From positions 320,001 to 384,000 of the forward strand of contig CBDFIJ010000004.1 in assembly GCA_965248055.1 (NCBI GenBank): a DNA stretch of 64,000 bases. Direction: 5' to 3'. Numbering within the stretch: the first letter of the stretch is position 1; each line of letters opens with the position of its first letter. The notes beneath the pieces were generated by a model. The model worked only from the letters and a program-made list of their open reading frames with translations. It had not been told where the DNA came from and did no database searches. The stretch is from Candidatus Multivoradales bacterium. GTDB lineage: Bacteria > Acidobacteriota > Thermoanaerobaculia > Multivoradales > JAHEKO01. Shown piece after piece: positions 48,546 to 58,919 of this stretch. The position numbers were made by a program, and so were the translations under genes.

Positions 48546-48998
48546 TTAATCGGCGTCATCCTGCATCGCAACACTACTGTTGTAGATATCTCGATGTAGC
48601 AACCATTCTCCCTCAACCCTTTTCCACACCTCTATCCACTTGCCATGATCGACAACCTCACCGTCCATCGTCAGTTCGTAGGTTCCCTGTTTGTAGCCCA
48701 GGTCCCCATCAGTATGGACCTCGACGGGCACCAAAGCCCCCTTGAGGCCGGCGGCGATCAGCTCAGCCCAGTACGCCTCGATCGCCTCGCGCCCGACTAT
48801 GGGATCGGCATTCGGAGCCAACACTGCACCGTCTTCGGTCATCATCGCTGCAATCGCAGCAGCATCTCCGGCATTGAAGGCCTCGACCCACGCCTCGGTA
48901 GTCCCGGCTAACTCCCCTTCTTCCTGCGCCGCAGCCAAGTTTGGCGACAAGGCCAAAACCAGACAAAAAGAAATCCACAGAATCTTGCTGCTTCGCAT
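48546..48998 (-). CDS. secreted NTF2-like (DUF4440/SnoaL) protein
   Basis: AFNAGDAAAIA...GREAI...GKWIEVWKR..GEW; GGAGG RBS. Confidence 0.85.
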   Translation of the reverse strand: MRSSKILWISFCLVLALSPNLAAAQEEGELAGTTEAWVEAFNAGDAAAIAAMMTEDGAVLAPNADPIVGREAIEAYWAELIAAGLKGALVPVEVHTDGDLGYKQGTYELTMDGEVVDHGKWIEVWKRVEGEWLLHRDIYNSSVAMQDDAD

Positions 48999-49173
48999 AC
49001 TGATGCCTCCGTTTCTCACTCAAGTGGTTGGCAGCCCACTCCCCCGAACACCGCCAATTCGTCAAATCCTGAGTAAATGCTAGCACTCGCCTCCAAGCCA
49101 ACCCACTTTCAACCTATCCAGGTTGGTCACCAAACAGCTTGACCTGGGTCACCGCAGCAGGCACCATCGGCCA

Positions 49174-50040
49174 ATGATCCAATCATTTCTCATCACCGGA
49201 GCCTCGACCGGCATCGGCAGGGCGTCGGCATTGCGCCTGGACCATCTGGGGCACAACGTTTTTGCCGGAGTGCGCAAAGACTCCGATGCTCGCAGCCTGT
49301 TACAAGAGGGGTCTGACCATCTGTGTCCGATCCAAATCGAGGTCACCGACGCCGATTCGATCGAACGGGCACGGGCTGAAGTCGCAACACACCTGGGCAA
49401 TCGTGGGCTCAATGGACTGGTCAACAATGCCGGGATCGCCGTCGGCGGACCGCTCGAAGCACTAACTTTGGATGAGATTCGTCATCAATTCGAGGTCAAC
49501 GTCTTCGGTCAGATCGCAGTCACCCAAGCCTTTCTTCCGCTACTGCGCCGAGCCAAAGAACAAGACGGACAGGCAGGACGCATCGTCAACATGAGTTCGA
49601 TGGCGGGCAAAATCGGCCAACCCCTAGTCGGTCCTTACTGCGCGTCCAAGCACGCACTGGAGGCGATCACCGACAGCCTGCGGCGAGAACTGGTGGGGCA
49701 AGGGGTGTTCGCCTGTGCCATCGAGCCCGGGGTGATCCAGACACCGATTTGGGAGAAGGGGCAAGCTGCAGCAGCGGAAAAGATCGACCGTCTGGAGCCC
49801 GAAATGGAAGCGTTGTACGGAGACGCGGTACACCGCCTGCGCAAGGCGCTCGACAGCATTTCTGACAAGGGAGTACCCGCCGAGGAAGTTGCCAAAGCGG
49901 TGGAACACGCGCTCACCGCCCGTCGACCCAAATTGCGCTACCCAGTCGGCCGCGACGCCAAGATCTCGATTGCCATGGCCCGTTGGTTGCCCGGTCGTTG
50001 GTTTGACCGTTTGATCGCGACCGTCGCCAAAAGGATTTGA
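49174..50040 (+). CDS. SDR oxidoreductase
   Basis: TGASTGIG, NNAG, YCASK. Confidence 0.92.
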   Translation: MIQSFLITGASTGIGRASALRLDHLGHNVFAGVRKDSDARSLLQEGSDHLCPIQIEVTDADSIERARAEVATHLGNRGLNGLVNNAGIAVGGPLEALTLDEIRHQFEVNVFGQIAVTQAFLPLLRRAKEQDGQAGRIVNMSSMAGKIGQPLVGPYCASKHALEAITDSLRRELVGQGVFACAIEPGVIQTPIWEKGQAAAAEKIDRLEPEMEALYGDAVHRLRKALDSISDKGVPAEEVAKAVEHALTARRPKLRYPVGRDAKISIAMARWLPGRWFDRLIATVAKRI

Positions 50041-50077
50041 ATTGGCGAAGGGCGGGATGTGGATCCCTCGGTGGAGC

Positions 50078-50290
50078 AGATCCCCGACCACCACAACCAC
50101 CTCCCTACGGGGATGACGTCAGTACCCGTCATCCCGGTGGGTGTCTATTTCTCGTCATCCCGGCGGAGGCGAGGGAGGGGGGCCGGGATCCATTTCGTCA
50201 TCCCAGCGGGAGGGCGAGCGGGGGGCCGGGATCTGTTCCTTGGTTGAGAAAGGTCCCCTCTCCCCACCCAGACCGCCTCCGGGGATGACA
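50078..50290. repeat. REP cluster (CGTCATCCC family, 4-5 units)
   Basis: CGTCATCCCGGCG..GCCGGGATC and ..CGGGGATGAC units in both orientations. Confidence 0.8.
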
Positions 50291-50337
50291 TTCGTGCTCA
50301 AAGGCAACACTCCCGATCCCATCACTCCAATCCGTCG

Positions 50338-50916
50338 CTACCCCATCTCCTTGATTTCGCGATAGCGAAAACACCCCAACTCATGGTCGTTGACCATCCC
50401 CACCGCCTGCATCAGGGCGTAGCAAATTGTAGAGCCGACGAAGCGAAAGCCGCGCTTCTTGAGGTCTTTGCTCAGTTGGTCAGACAGTTCGGTAGTCGCC
50501 GGAAGCTGGGACGACGACTTCCATCGGTTCTGAATCGGTTGGCCTTGGACGAATCCCCAGAGGTAGGCGTCAAAGCTGCCAAACTCCTTCTGTACGCCCA
50601 GGAAGGCTTGAGCGTTGGTGACGGTGGAGCGGACCTTCAGTTTGTTGCGTACGATTCCGGCGTCGAGCAATAGAGCTGCGATCTTCTTCTCGCCATAGCG
50701 CGCGACCTTGACCGGATCGAAACCATCAAACAGACGGCGGTAGTTCTCGCGCTTGTTGAGGATGGTGGTCCAACTCAAGCCGGCCTGGGCACCTTCCAAG
50801 GTCAAGAATTCGAACAGCACTTGATCATGGTGGACCGGTACGCCCCATTCCAGGTCATGGTAGTTGTGCTCCAACTCCGAGGCCCCAGCCCAACCACAGC
50901 GATCGCGTTCGGTCAT
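50338..50916 (-). CDS. tag: DNA-3-methyladenine glycosylase I
   Basis: RCGW, YHDLEWG, EGAQAGLSW, NDH..C. Confidence 0.95.
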   Translation of the reverse strand: MTERDRCGWAGASELEHNYHDLEWGVPVHHDQVLFEFLTLEGAQAGLSWTTILNKRENYRRLFDGFDPVKVARYGEKKIAALLLDAGIVRNKLKVRSTVTNAQAFLGVQKEFGSFDAYLWGFVQGQPIQNRWKSSSQLPATTELSDQLSKDLKKRGFRFVGSTICYALMQAVGMVNDHELGCFRYREIKEMG

Positions 50917-51497
50917 TCCGGTTCTCCCAAATCTCCGTATCGTTGACGACGAAACTCGACACTGCTCTCGTCGATCGTCAAAACGAACAAATCGCCATAT
51001 TGGTCCTCGTTGATCTCGATCTGCGGCCCACCGAGACGAGCAATCACCAGGGGCACAGTATTGGAGTGCCCGACAATCAAGAACTTGAGGCCCGGTGAGG
51101 CCTCGACAATGCTTGCCATCTCCTCAATGTGGGCCTCCAAGCCAGACACTTCCATCGATTCGATCTTGATGTCTTTTTGTTGCGCAAATGGGGTCGCGGT
51201 CGCCCTAGTCCGCTCAAAGGGGGTCGACAAAACCCTGTCGATCCCGGCGCTTGCCAAATCCCTTGCCAGAGACACCGCTCGTGCAGCACCCATGGCACTC
51301 AACGGTGGATCGGACTCAACGTCCGTCACCTTCTCGGTATGACGCACCAAGTAGACCACGGTCGGCTCGCTGGTATTGAGCTCGGCGGGTGCGCTGGCGC
51401 AAGCTACAACCCCGAGTAGGCCAGAGCACCAGACACCGAGGCAGGTTACCCAACGCAGAATCCCAACCGGCCCTGAGACTGATGACCTACAACCCAT
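50913..51497 (-). CDS. histidine phosphatase (SixA/PGM-like) lipoprotein
   Basis: LVRHTEK, VGHSNT; lipobox VVAC. Confidence 0.85.
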   Translation of the reverse strand: MGCRSSVSGPVGILRWVTCLGVWCSGLLGVVACASAPAELNTSEPTVVYLVRHTEKVTDVESDPPLSAMGAARAVSLARDLASAGIDRVLSTPFERTRATATPFAQQKDIKIESMEVSGLEAHIEEMASIVEASPGLKFLIVGHSNTVPLVIARLGGPQIEINEDQYGDLFVLTIDESSVEFRRQRYGDLGEPE

Positions 51498-51617
51498 TTC
51501 GCACTCTCCTCATTCTGGCAATTCCTCGCCTCACTTAGCCTACCCGTCGCCATCTCCAGCCTGCAGATGCCGAGAAGCAGATCGACCGAAACCACTCTTA
51601 ATTGCGCCTGCAACGAC

Positions 51618-52280
51618 TCAACCCTGCAAACTCGCGGAGTCCGCGAACGCACTTTCGAGGGCCTGAAAGAACCTCCCCACTGTTTGACCGTCGACCAGAG
51701 CGTGGTGTACCTCGACTGAGACTGGAACCATCACCCGGTCTCCCACGTTGGAAAACCTGCCAAAAACAACCCTCGGGATCGACTCGCTGGGGTCCATCTT
51801 CTGGGCGTGAGAAATACTGCTAAAGCGGACCCAGGGGATCACCGAACCGTGGACCACCGCATCGTTTCCGGGTTGATCGCCCATCGCATTCTTCGTGCCT
51901 GCTATAGGATCAGCAGCAACCAAACGGGCCGCAGCGTCAAATTTTGGGAAGCTCCTCTGGTAGGGCAAGTAACAAAACCGAAACGAGCCGTCGTCCGCCA
52001 ACACGGTACTGGCGATAGAAACCTGATCGTAAGCCCAAATGCGACCTTGACGCAGACGATAGCGAAATGGCTCCAAGGCATTGACCACTTGCTGGCAGTG
52101 GTACCAACCGACCCAAGTCGGAGCGATGCCCAAGTCTCGGCAAGCCTTCACTGACGCCGTCGCTTCGACCTCGGCGCAGAGATTGAAGAACGGGTGCTGG
52201 TACTGCGAGAAAAAGTCGAACATCCGACGCCCAGGCCAAGTGTCTAGGTCGAGATAGTGTCCTGATGAGTTGTGGATCAT
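51618..52280 (-). CDS. CatA-like O-acetyltransferase
   Basis: SVIPWVRF, HHALVDG catalytic motif. Confidence 0.85.
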   Translation of the reverse strand: MIHNSSGHYLDLDTWPGRRMFDFFSQYQHPFFNLCAEVEATASVKACRDLGIAPTWVGWYHCQQVVNALEPFRYRLRQGRIWAYDQVSIASTVLADDGSFRFCYLPYQRSFPKFDAAARLVAADPIAGTKNAMGDQPGNDAVVHGSVIPWVRFSSISHAQKMDPSESIPRVVFGRFSNVGDRVMVPVSVEVHHALVDGQTVGRFFQALESAFADSASLQG

Positions 52281-52360
52281 TGTTGCTCGTATGTTTGGTT
52301 CACCGCAGCCTTCGCCGTTCAGCCAGCGATGCCGAAACTGCGACGCTTATACTCTGCCCT

Positions 52361-53716
52361 ATGCTACTCGCACCAAGAAATCAGGTCGCCCTTCTACTGC
52401 TGCTGTTCGCCCCGGGTTATATCGCCGCTGAACTCGCCAGCAACCGGCTGACTGACCCGATGGAGATTGCCGTCGTTACGGCCATCGAAAACCGCTCGCA
52501 GCAAGACCACCACCTCCTGGTTCGCACAGTGAATATCAACAGCGGAACCCTCAATCTGAAAGGCGTCCGCGAAGTCGGAATGGTCTTCGAGCAGCAGTTC
52601 CAGGACCTGGGGTTCACCACTCGCTGGATCGATGGAGAGGCCTTCGAGCGCGCCGGACACTTGGTTGCGGAGTTTCCTGGAAACGACACCGCAGTCGCCA
52701 GATCCCATTTCTTGCTAATCGGGCATCTAGACACGGTGTTCGAGCCGGACAGCCCGTTCCAAGAGGCGGAAATCATCGTTGGCCACGACGCCCTACTCAA
52801 AGGACCCGGAACCACCGACATGAAGGGTGGCAACGTGGTGATGCTTGCGGCATTGCGTGGACTCAAAGAGGCAGGCGTCTTGGCAACCATGCAGATCACC
52901 GTCATCCTGACCGGCGACGAGGAGAAGGTTGGGAACCCTTTGGAGATTTCCCGTGCCGAATTGTTGCGGCTGGGCAACGAGGCCGATATCGCATTGGGTT
53001 TCGAGGATGGCGACGGCAACCCAGCTACCGCAGTGGTAGCTCGGCGCGGTTCCAGCCGGTGGCAGCTTGAGGTCGAGGGGGTCTCGTCGCATTCGTCGCA
53101 AGTTTTCCAGCCCCAGGTCGGGGCCGGGGCGATCTATGAACTGGCTCGCGTACTGAATGCCTTTCGCACGGAACTGGCCGATCTGGAAGACCTAACCTAC
53201 AGCCCAGGTGTGATCTTGGGTGGCACCGAAACCGATTTCGATTCTGAGCAGGGCCGAGGCACGGCGTTTGGCAAGAACAACGTGGTCGCCCAAACCGCCG
53301 TCGCCAGTGGGGATATCCGGGCTACATCGCCCGAGCAACTCGCCGAGGCACGCCGCAGGATGGAGCAAATCGTCTCTCAGGCACTGCCACAGACCAACAC
53401 CCGGTTGGTGTTCGAGAATCGCTACCCGCCGATGGGCGCAAGTGGGGGCAACCTTGAACTGTTGGAGATCTACAACCAAGCCAGTATCGACCTGGGGGCC
53501 GGGCCGGTCGAGGCAGTCAATCCACGCAACGCGGGCGCAGCCGACATCGCCTTCGTCGCCGCTGAGGTAGAAATGGCCCTGGATGGAATTGGACTGATGG
53601 GACACGGCGGGCACACGGTCGAGGAAACTGCCAACTTGGACAACCTGCCGGTTCAAGCTGCACGCACTGCTTTGACCATGATGCGGGTTGCTCGGGCTCG
53701 GGCAGCTTCACAGTAA
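52361..53716 (+). CDS. M20 family metallopeptidase
   Basis: GHLDTVF, DMKGG, GDEE, GHTVEE. Confidence 0.92.
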   Translation: MLLAPRNQVALLLLLFAPGYIAAELASNRLTDPMEIAVVTAIENRSQQDHHLLVRTVNINSGTLNLKGVREVGMVFEQQFQDLGFTTRWIDGEAFERAGHLVAEFPGNDTAVARSHFLLIGHLDTVFEPDSPFQEAEIIVGHDALLKGPGTTDMKGGNVVMLAALRGLKEAGVLATMQITVILTGDEEKVGNPLEISRAELLRLGNEADIALGFEDGDGNPATAVVARRGSSRWQLEVEGVSSHSSQVFQPQVGAGAIYELARVLNAFRTELADLEDLTYSPGVILGGTETDFDSEQGRGTAFGKNNVVAQTAVASGDIRATSPEQLAEARRRMEQIVSQALPQTNTRLVFENRYPPMGASGGNLELLEIYNQASIDLGAGPVEAVNPRNAGAADIAFVAAEVEMALDGIGLMGHGGHTVEETANLDNLPVQAARTALTMMRVARARAASQ

Positions 53717-53765
53717 ACTTCGCCACAAGTTCTTCCGACCCCAACTGCGCCCACCCCATCTAGCT

Positions 53766-54761
53766 ATGTCCAAGTCCTCCCCAGCATCCGATCCGGCAAG
53801 AGTACCCGCCAAGATTCTGTTCATCGGTGGCTTCGGCCGCAGTGGTACCACCATCCTCGACAACGTCCTGGGTCAGGTAGATGGTTTCTTCTCTGCCGGT
53901 GAGACGCTCTATATCTGGGATCGTTCCTTCATCGAAGATCGCCTGTGCGGATGCAGTAGAGCCTTTAGCGAGTGTCCCGTCTGGCAACCGATCGCAGGCA
54001 AGATTGCACCGCGCGGTGAAACCGCGGAGAAACGCCGGGAAGAACTAGACCATTGGGTACAAGTGCGAGAGAGCTTGACCCCCAAGCGCGTCACCTTGGC
54101 TGCCAGGGGCGGCATGAGTCCAGACTCTGCCAGTGGTATCGCCCACGGGGTCGCCGAGTACCAGCGGCGTATGATCGATGTCTACCGCGCGATCCAACAA
54201 GAAACCGGCTGCCAGGTGATCGTCGATTCATCCAAGTCACCCGGGCATGGGTACTTGCTGCAAGGTAGCCCCGAGCTGGACGCTTACGCGGTTCACATCG
54301 TGCGCGATCCCCGCGCCGTCGCTTTTTCCTGGCAAAAGAAGAAAGTCTATGACCCGTCCGGCGACCAACCGTTGATGATGAGCCGTCACTCCCCCGCCCG
54401 CAGTTCCAGGCTGTGGAACACCTGGAACATGGCCACCCAGGCGGTTTGGAAGAAATCGCCCTCGCGCTATATGCGTATCCGTTATGAAGATTTCATGGCG
54501 CAACCCCGTTCCACACTGCAAGAGATTCTGGACCACGTTGGGGAAGGCAACCGCTCTCTCGACTTCGTGCGTGGAAACACCGTGGAGATGGGTGAGATCC
54601 ACGCACTGGCGGGAAACCCGAGCCGGTTCAATGATGGTTCGGTGGAGCTGCGCCGCGACGACCGCTGGCGCCAAGATCAACCAGCAGGGCACCGACGCTT
54701 GGTAACCTTGCTGACCTATCCCCTGCTGCGTCGTTACGGTTATCTGGGCAAGTCGAGCTAA
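53766..54761 (+). CDS. sulfotransferase
   Basis: GFGRSGTT (5'-PSB), VDSSK, RDPRAVAFS (3'-PB), RYED. Confidence 0.9.
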   Translation: MSKSSPASDPARVPAKILFIGGFGRSGTTILDNVLGQVDGFFSAGETLYIWDRSFIEDRLCGCSRAFSECPVWQPIAGKIAPRGETAEKRREELDHWVQVRESLTPKRVTLAARGGMSPDSASGIAHGVAEYQRRMIDVYRAIQQETGCQVIVDSSKSPGHGYLLQGSPELDAYAVHIVRDPRAVAFSWQKKKVYDPSGDQPLMMSRHSPARSSRLWNTWNMATQAVWKKSPSRYMRIRYEDFMAQPRSTLQEILDHVGEGNRSLDFVRGNTVEMGEIHALAGNPSRFNDGSVELRRDDRWRQDQPAGHRRLVTLLTYPLLRRYGYLGKSS

Positions 54762-56266
54762 GCTCGTCCGCGTAGCGCCGCCATTAAGCCGAGGATGCCA
54801 TTCTCGCGGCGACCCAGCCCCGACCCCAACCAGATCACAACGCCAGCGACCAAGAGCTGCAGGAGCGTGGTGGTCGCGCTCGGTGCGCTCCATCGGCCCA
54901 ATCCCAACACCAAGACCAACGCAGCCAAGGTAGAGAGAATCAGTGGCAGGTAGTCTTTTCCGTAGGGCCACAGCTTCATCGAGTGGCGTACCATCACCAA
55001 CCCAGAAACAAACAATCCGGCCAGGGCCACTGCGGTTGCTACCGCAGCACCAACTAGCCCCGCACGGGGGATCAGCACGATATTGAGAGCTATGTTAACC
55101 GCCACGGCCAATGCAGACGCGGTCAGCCACCAATTTTGGCGCCCACTCATGACCAGTAGATACCCGACCGCGCCAGTGACCAGATTGACCAACTGACCCA
55201 ACATCAAGATGCGCAGCGGCAGCGCTCCGGTGGCGAACTCGACTGGCAACAAAAGCCTCAGGATTCCTTCGGGGTTTAACAACAAGACCACCGCCAACGG
55301 CAAACAAAGGAGCAAGCCCCAACGCGTCGCGGCACGGTACAGGTCATTCAAACGTTGCCGCTCCCCCTGGTGGTAGAGGTCGGCAATCATCGGCGCAAAC
55401 ACGTGATTGAAGGAACTCAAAACGACGACAAAAAAGAACGTGATCCGCGCCGCGGCGTGATAAATCCCGGTGTCGACTTCCGGCCGAAAGTAGCCGACCA
55501 GCAAAACGTCGACCGACATCACCACCAGACCCAAAGTCCCCGCCAGTGACGTGGGAACGGCGAAGCCCAGAAGCTCACGATGGCTAACCAAGCCGGTCTC
55601 ACGAACGTTCCACAACCCTGGAACGATCCGTCCCAGGTAAATCAGCGCCAGGACGAAAGCAAAACCGAACGACAGCACGGTGGCGGCAGCCGCTCCCAGG
55701 ATTTCTCTACCGGCCAAGTAGAAGCCGACCACCAAGACCAACTGTGCCAACGGTTGCGCGATGTCCTCAGCGATCGCGCTATAGCGCATGTCCCGACCAA
55801 CCCGGGACGCTGCCGCAGCGACTCGCAAAGCGGGAACCAAGATCAGGCCCAAAGCAAAGACCTGCAACACTGAACGCAAACTAGGCTTTTGGTAGACCTC
55901 GTCGGCCAACCAAGGTGCCGCCAAGAACAGTGCTGCCGCGGCGACTATGCCGCAAAGCATGGTCACAGTGAGGGCGCGCCGGACAAGGGCGGCAAGTTGC
56001 TGACCCTCTTGCCCGACCATCCTCGACCCGAAGCGGATCACTCCGTTGTCCAGTCCAAGCGCAGCGAGCAACCCGCCTATCAAGAGAAACGTCCAACCGA
56101 TACCGAATAGCCCAATGCCCGCCGCCCCGAGCATCCGAGGCAAGAGCAACCCGGTTACTCCATACGACACCGCTCGACCGACAAAGCGCCCCGGCACCAA
56201 CCATCCAGCACCGCGAGCCAGAGTCGTGGCGTCTTGTTGATGGAAGTCACGGGTCGGATCAGACAC
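54758..56266 (-). CDS. polysaccharide flippase (Wzx/MOP)
   Basis: Many TM helices; FAPMIADLY; LIPRAGLVGAAVAT. Confidence 0.88.
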   Translation of the reverse strand: MSDPTRDFHQQDATTLARGAGWLVPGRFVGRAVSYGVTGLLLPRMLGAAGIGLFGIGWTFLLIGGLLAALGLDNGVIRFGSRMVGQEGQQLAALVRRALTVTMLCGIVAAAALFLAAPWLADEVYQKPSLRSVLQVFALGLILVPALRVAAAASRVGRDMRYSAIAEDIAQPLAQLVLVVGFYLAGREILGAAAATVLSFGFAFVLALIYLGRIVPGLWNVRETGLVSHRELLGFAVPTSLAGTLGLVVMSVDVLLVGYFRPEVDTGIYHAAARITFFFVVVLSSFNHVFAPMIADLYHQGERQRLNDLYRAATRWGLLLCLPLAVVLLLNPEGILRLLLPVEFATGALPLRILMLGQLVNLVTGAVGYLLVMSGRQNWWLTASALAVAVNIALNIVLIPRAGLVGAAVATAVALAGLFVSGLVMVRHSMKLWPYGKDYLPLILSTLAALVLVLGLGRWSAPSATTTLLQLLVAGVVIWLGSGLGRRENGILGLMAALRGRA

Positions 56267-56431
56267 GGCGGGATTTTACGGCATTGACTATCCGTCGATG
56301 AACCGACATCTGATTTGTGCCCCGTCGGGAAACTCCCGGCGGGCGATAGCGGGAGGGGTCAAGCCCCTCCCCAATGAAATCACCCTATGCCTCGGCCAGC
56401 CCAAGAATCCGGCTGGAAGACAACTGCCGTC

Positions 56432-56818
56432 CTAGAGGCAGGACAGGAAACCTTCACCGCACTGACTGGTACACGCTTCATGAGCCTTGAAAGCACCACC
56501 CAAGGCTTCCATGCAACCCGCTTGGCACTGGATTTCGGCGTTCAAAGACCCGGAAATACAGTTGACGTAGGCCAATTGATCGTCCGCGAGCGCAGCGCAA
56601 TTGGTCTCAGCAGCTTGATTTTGAGCACTACCGCAACCGTCCAGACAACTCTGCACTTCTGCGTTCGCTGCTGCCCAGGCTTCGTCACACTCCGCCGTGC
56701 AGGCGGCGAATTCCGTGTAGCAGGACTCCGCATTGGGGCAACCCATGACCAACACCGATAGAACAAGAACCAACCCAACACCCAGGATCTGAGGGAACAA
56801 TCGAGGACCATTCTTCAT
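56432..56818 (-). CDS. cysteine-rich lipoprotein
   Basis: AAGGAG RBS; lipobox VMGC; 12 further Cys. Confidence 0.8.
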   Translation of the reverse strand: MKNGPRLFPQILGVGLVLVLSVLVMGCPNAESCYTEFAACTAECDEAWAAANAEVQSCLDGCGSAQNQAAETNCAALADDQLAYVNCISGSLNAEIQCQAGCMEALGGAFKAHEACTSQCGEGFLSCL

Positions 56819-56945
56819 GCGACATCTCCTTCTTCTATATTTGCCCTGCTACTCCAGCGATTGAGGCAGCAAAACTTCAGTTACGAATTAACTGGAGCAG
56901 AGTACTACAACCCTAGGAACGAATCCAGACAATTCGTCGCAACCC

Positions 56946-57111
56946 TTGCGTTCCTTGTTGCACCCCCGTAGGCTTCGGTTTCATTGAGCGCCGACCTCCG
57001 GTCAGTCCCGGCGCCCCGCGTGAATCGTGGGTTTTCACGATTAAGCGCGGATCTCTTTTTTTAAAAGCAAGACACTGCCTGGACCGGTAATCTGTAGGCC
57101 GTTTCTAGGAG
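56946..57111 (+). promoter_or_regulatory. promoter and structured 5' leader of the DEAD-box helicase
   Basis: TTGCGT-17 bp-TAGGCT; three hairpins before the RBS. Confidence 0.5.
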
Positions 57112-57116
57112 TTCCT

Positions 57117-58523
57117 ATGTCCTTTCGTAAATTGGGTCTTAGACCCGAACTGTTGAGTGCCGTCGAATCGGCTGGCTATAAAGAGCCGACCCCGATTCAA
57201 CAACAAGCCATCCCGATCGTGCTCGAAGGGCGCGATTTGATGGGTGCCGCTCAGACCGGTACGGGTAAGACCGCCGGTTTCACCCTGCCGTTACTGCAGC
57301 GTCTGATGGCCTCGGATCCGGCATCCGATCAGGCTAATGGCCGCAATGGTCGACGCCAGCCGGCGTCTCGCCCGGTTCGTTGCTTAATTGTTACCCCAAC
57401 TCGAGAGTTGGCGGCGCAGGTCAATGAGAGCGTATGTACCTACGGGCGCAATCTGCCGCTCAAGTCGACGATGATTTTTGGCGGCGTCGGCATGCAACCA
57501 CAGATCAATGCGCTCAAGAGAGGTGTCGACATCGTGGTCGCCACTCCGGGCCGCCTGCTGGATCACGCTGGTCGCAAGACCCTCAATCTGTCACAGGTCG
57601 AGATCCTGGTGCTCGACGAAGCCGACCGGATGCTCGACATGGGCTTTATTCATGACATCCGCAGAATCATCAAGTTGATGCCGGCCAAGCGTCAAAATCT
57701 ACTGTTCAGCGCCACCCTCGACGGTACGGTGCGAGAGCTGGCAAACGGATTTCTTGATAGCCCGGCTTTCATTCAAGTGGCGCAACCGAGGGTTGCCGCA
57801 GACACCGTTGAGCAAGCGATCTACCGGGTCAACCGTGGAGACAAGACCAACGCCTTGATCTCTCTGATCAAGGGTGGCGACTGGTCGCAGGTATTGGTGT
57901 TCACACGCACCAAGCACCGCGCCAATCGACTGGCGGCGCAGATCGACCGCGCCGGTATTTCGGCGACCGCGATCCATGGCAACAAGAGCCAGGGAGCGAG
58001 AACTCGCGCCTTGAAAGACTTCAAAGCCAATCGAGTGCGCGTTTTGGTCGCGACCGACATCGCCGCCCGCGGCCTCGACATCAGCGGGCTGCCCCACGTG
58101 GTCAACTTCGAGATCTCCCAGGTCCCGGAGGACTATGTCCATCGCATCGGTCGCACTGGCCGAGCAGGAGCCGGTGGCCAGGCGGTGTCTCTGATCTCCA
58201 GTGACGAAGAAAAACTGCTGAAAGGCATCGAACGCTTGCTGAAGGAAAAACTCCCCGAGTCACAGCTGGAAGGATTCAAGCGCAGCGCAGTTGATCCAAC
58301 TCCCGCGCCCTACCAGCATCGCCCCGGACGCCCCCAAGGGCGGAAGCCTGGCGCTCAGCCCGGCAAACGGACCGGGGGCGGTCGCTCTACCAATGGCCAT
58401 GCTGGGAACAAAAAGTCAGCCGCAGGAGGCTCTGGAAGACCGCGCCGAAAAGCCGGACCAAGTGGGCCAGGAGCCGGTCCAGGTCGTCCCAAGCGACGCC
58501 AATGGCGCGCCGCTACGCCGTAG
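57117..58523 (+). CDS. rhlE: DEAD-box RNA helicase (RhlE-like)
   Basis: Q motif, [29 protein letters not shown]; basic C-tail. Confidence 0.93.
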   Translation: MSFRKLGLRPELLSAVESAGYKEPTPIQQQAIPIVLEGRDLMGAAQTGTGKTAGFTLPLLQRLMASDPASDQANGRNGRRQPASRPVRCLIVTPTRELAAQVNESVCTYGRNLPLKSTMIFGGVGMQPQINALKRGVDIVVATPGRLLDHAGRKTLNLSQVEILVLDEADRMLDMGFIHDIRRIIKLMPAKRQNLLFSATLDGTVRELANGFLDSPAFIQVAQPRVAADTVEQAIYRVNRGDKTNALISLIKGGDWSQVLVFTRTKHRANRLAAQIDRAGISATAIHGNKSQGARTRALKDFKANRVRVLVATDIAARGLDISGLPHVVNFEISQVPEDYVHRIGRTGRAGAGGQAVSLISSDEEKLLKGIERLLKEKLPESQLEGFKRSAVDPTPAPYQHRPGRPQGRKPGAQPGKRTGGGRSTNGHAGNKKSAAGGSGRPRRKAGPSGPGAGPGRPKRRQWRAATP

Positions 58524-58543
58524 CGAGACTGAGAAGCCTAGAC

Positions 58544-58694
58544 GGGAGGGGATAACCCCCTCCCATCTAGGAGCCAAAGAGCGGGAACAGACCATCATCC
58601 CCTACTTGAACTTGGAAAAAAACGAAGTTGGTAAGAATCGGTTCCAGTAAAGCGCATGTTCTCGTTTCGTAGGGGAGCCCTTTGCGGGCTCCCG
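58544..58694. repeat. GTAG-type REPs
   Basis: GGGAGGGGATAACCCCCTCCC; CGTAGGGGAGCCCTTTGCGGGCTCCCG. Confidence 0.7.
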
Positions 58695-58919
58695 CTCGGT
58701 TCGAGAAACCAAGGTGCTCAGAAAGCCCTACACATTGCGCCGCGTTGGCTGGGGCGCTAGGCAACCTGAAGTTCTTCCTCGACAGTCTCGCGAATCTTGA
58801 ACTTCCAGGATCTTGGCGGACACCGCCATCGGGAGCTGGTCCACCTCTTCGACCTGACGCTGAACCTTAAGGTGGGCCATTCCCCGGCGGACAAATCCGC
58901 AAAATAGCAGTGCAGTCCA

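Noticed and set aside
51618-52280. Acquired chloramphenicol resistance gene
   Set aside because: Divergent CatA-like protein in core context with no mobile flanks; substrate unproven
56280-56375. Riboswitch upstream of the flippase
   Set aside because: Only a GC hairpin plus a REP copy; no recognisable aptamer consensus
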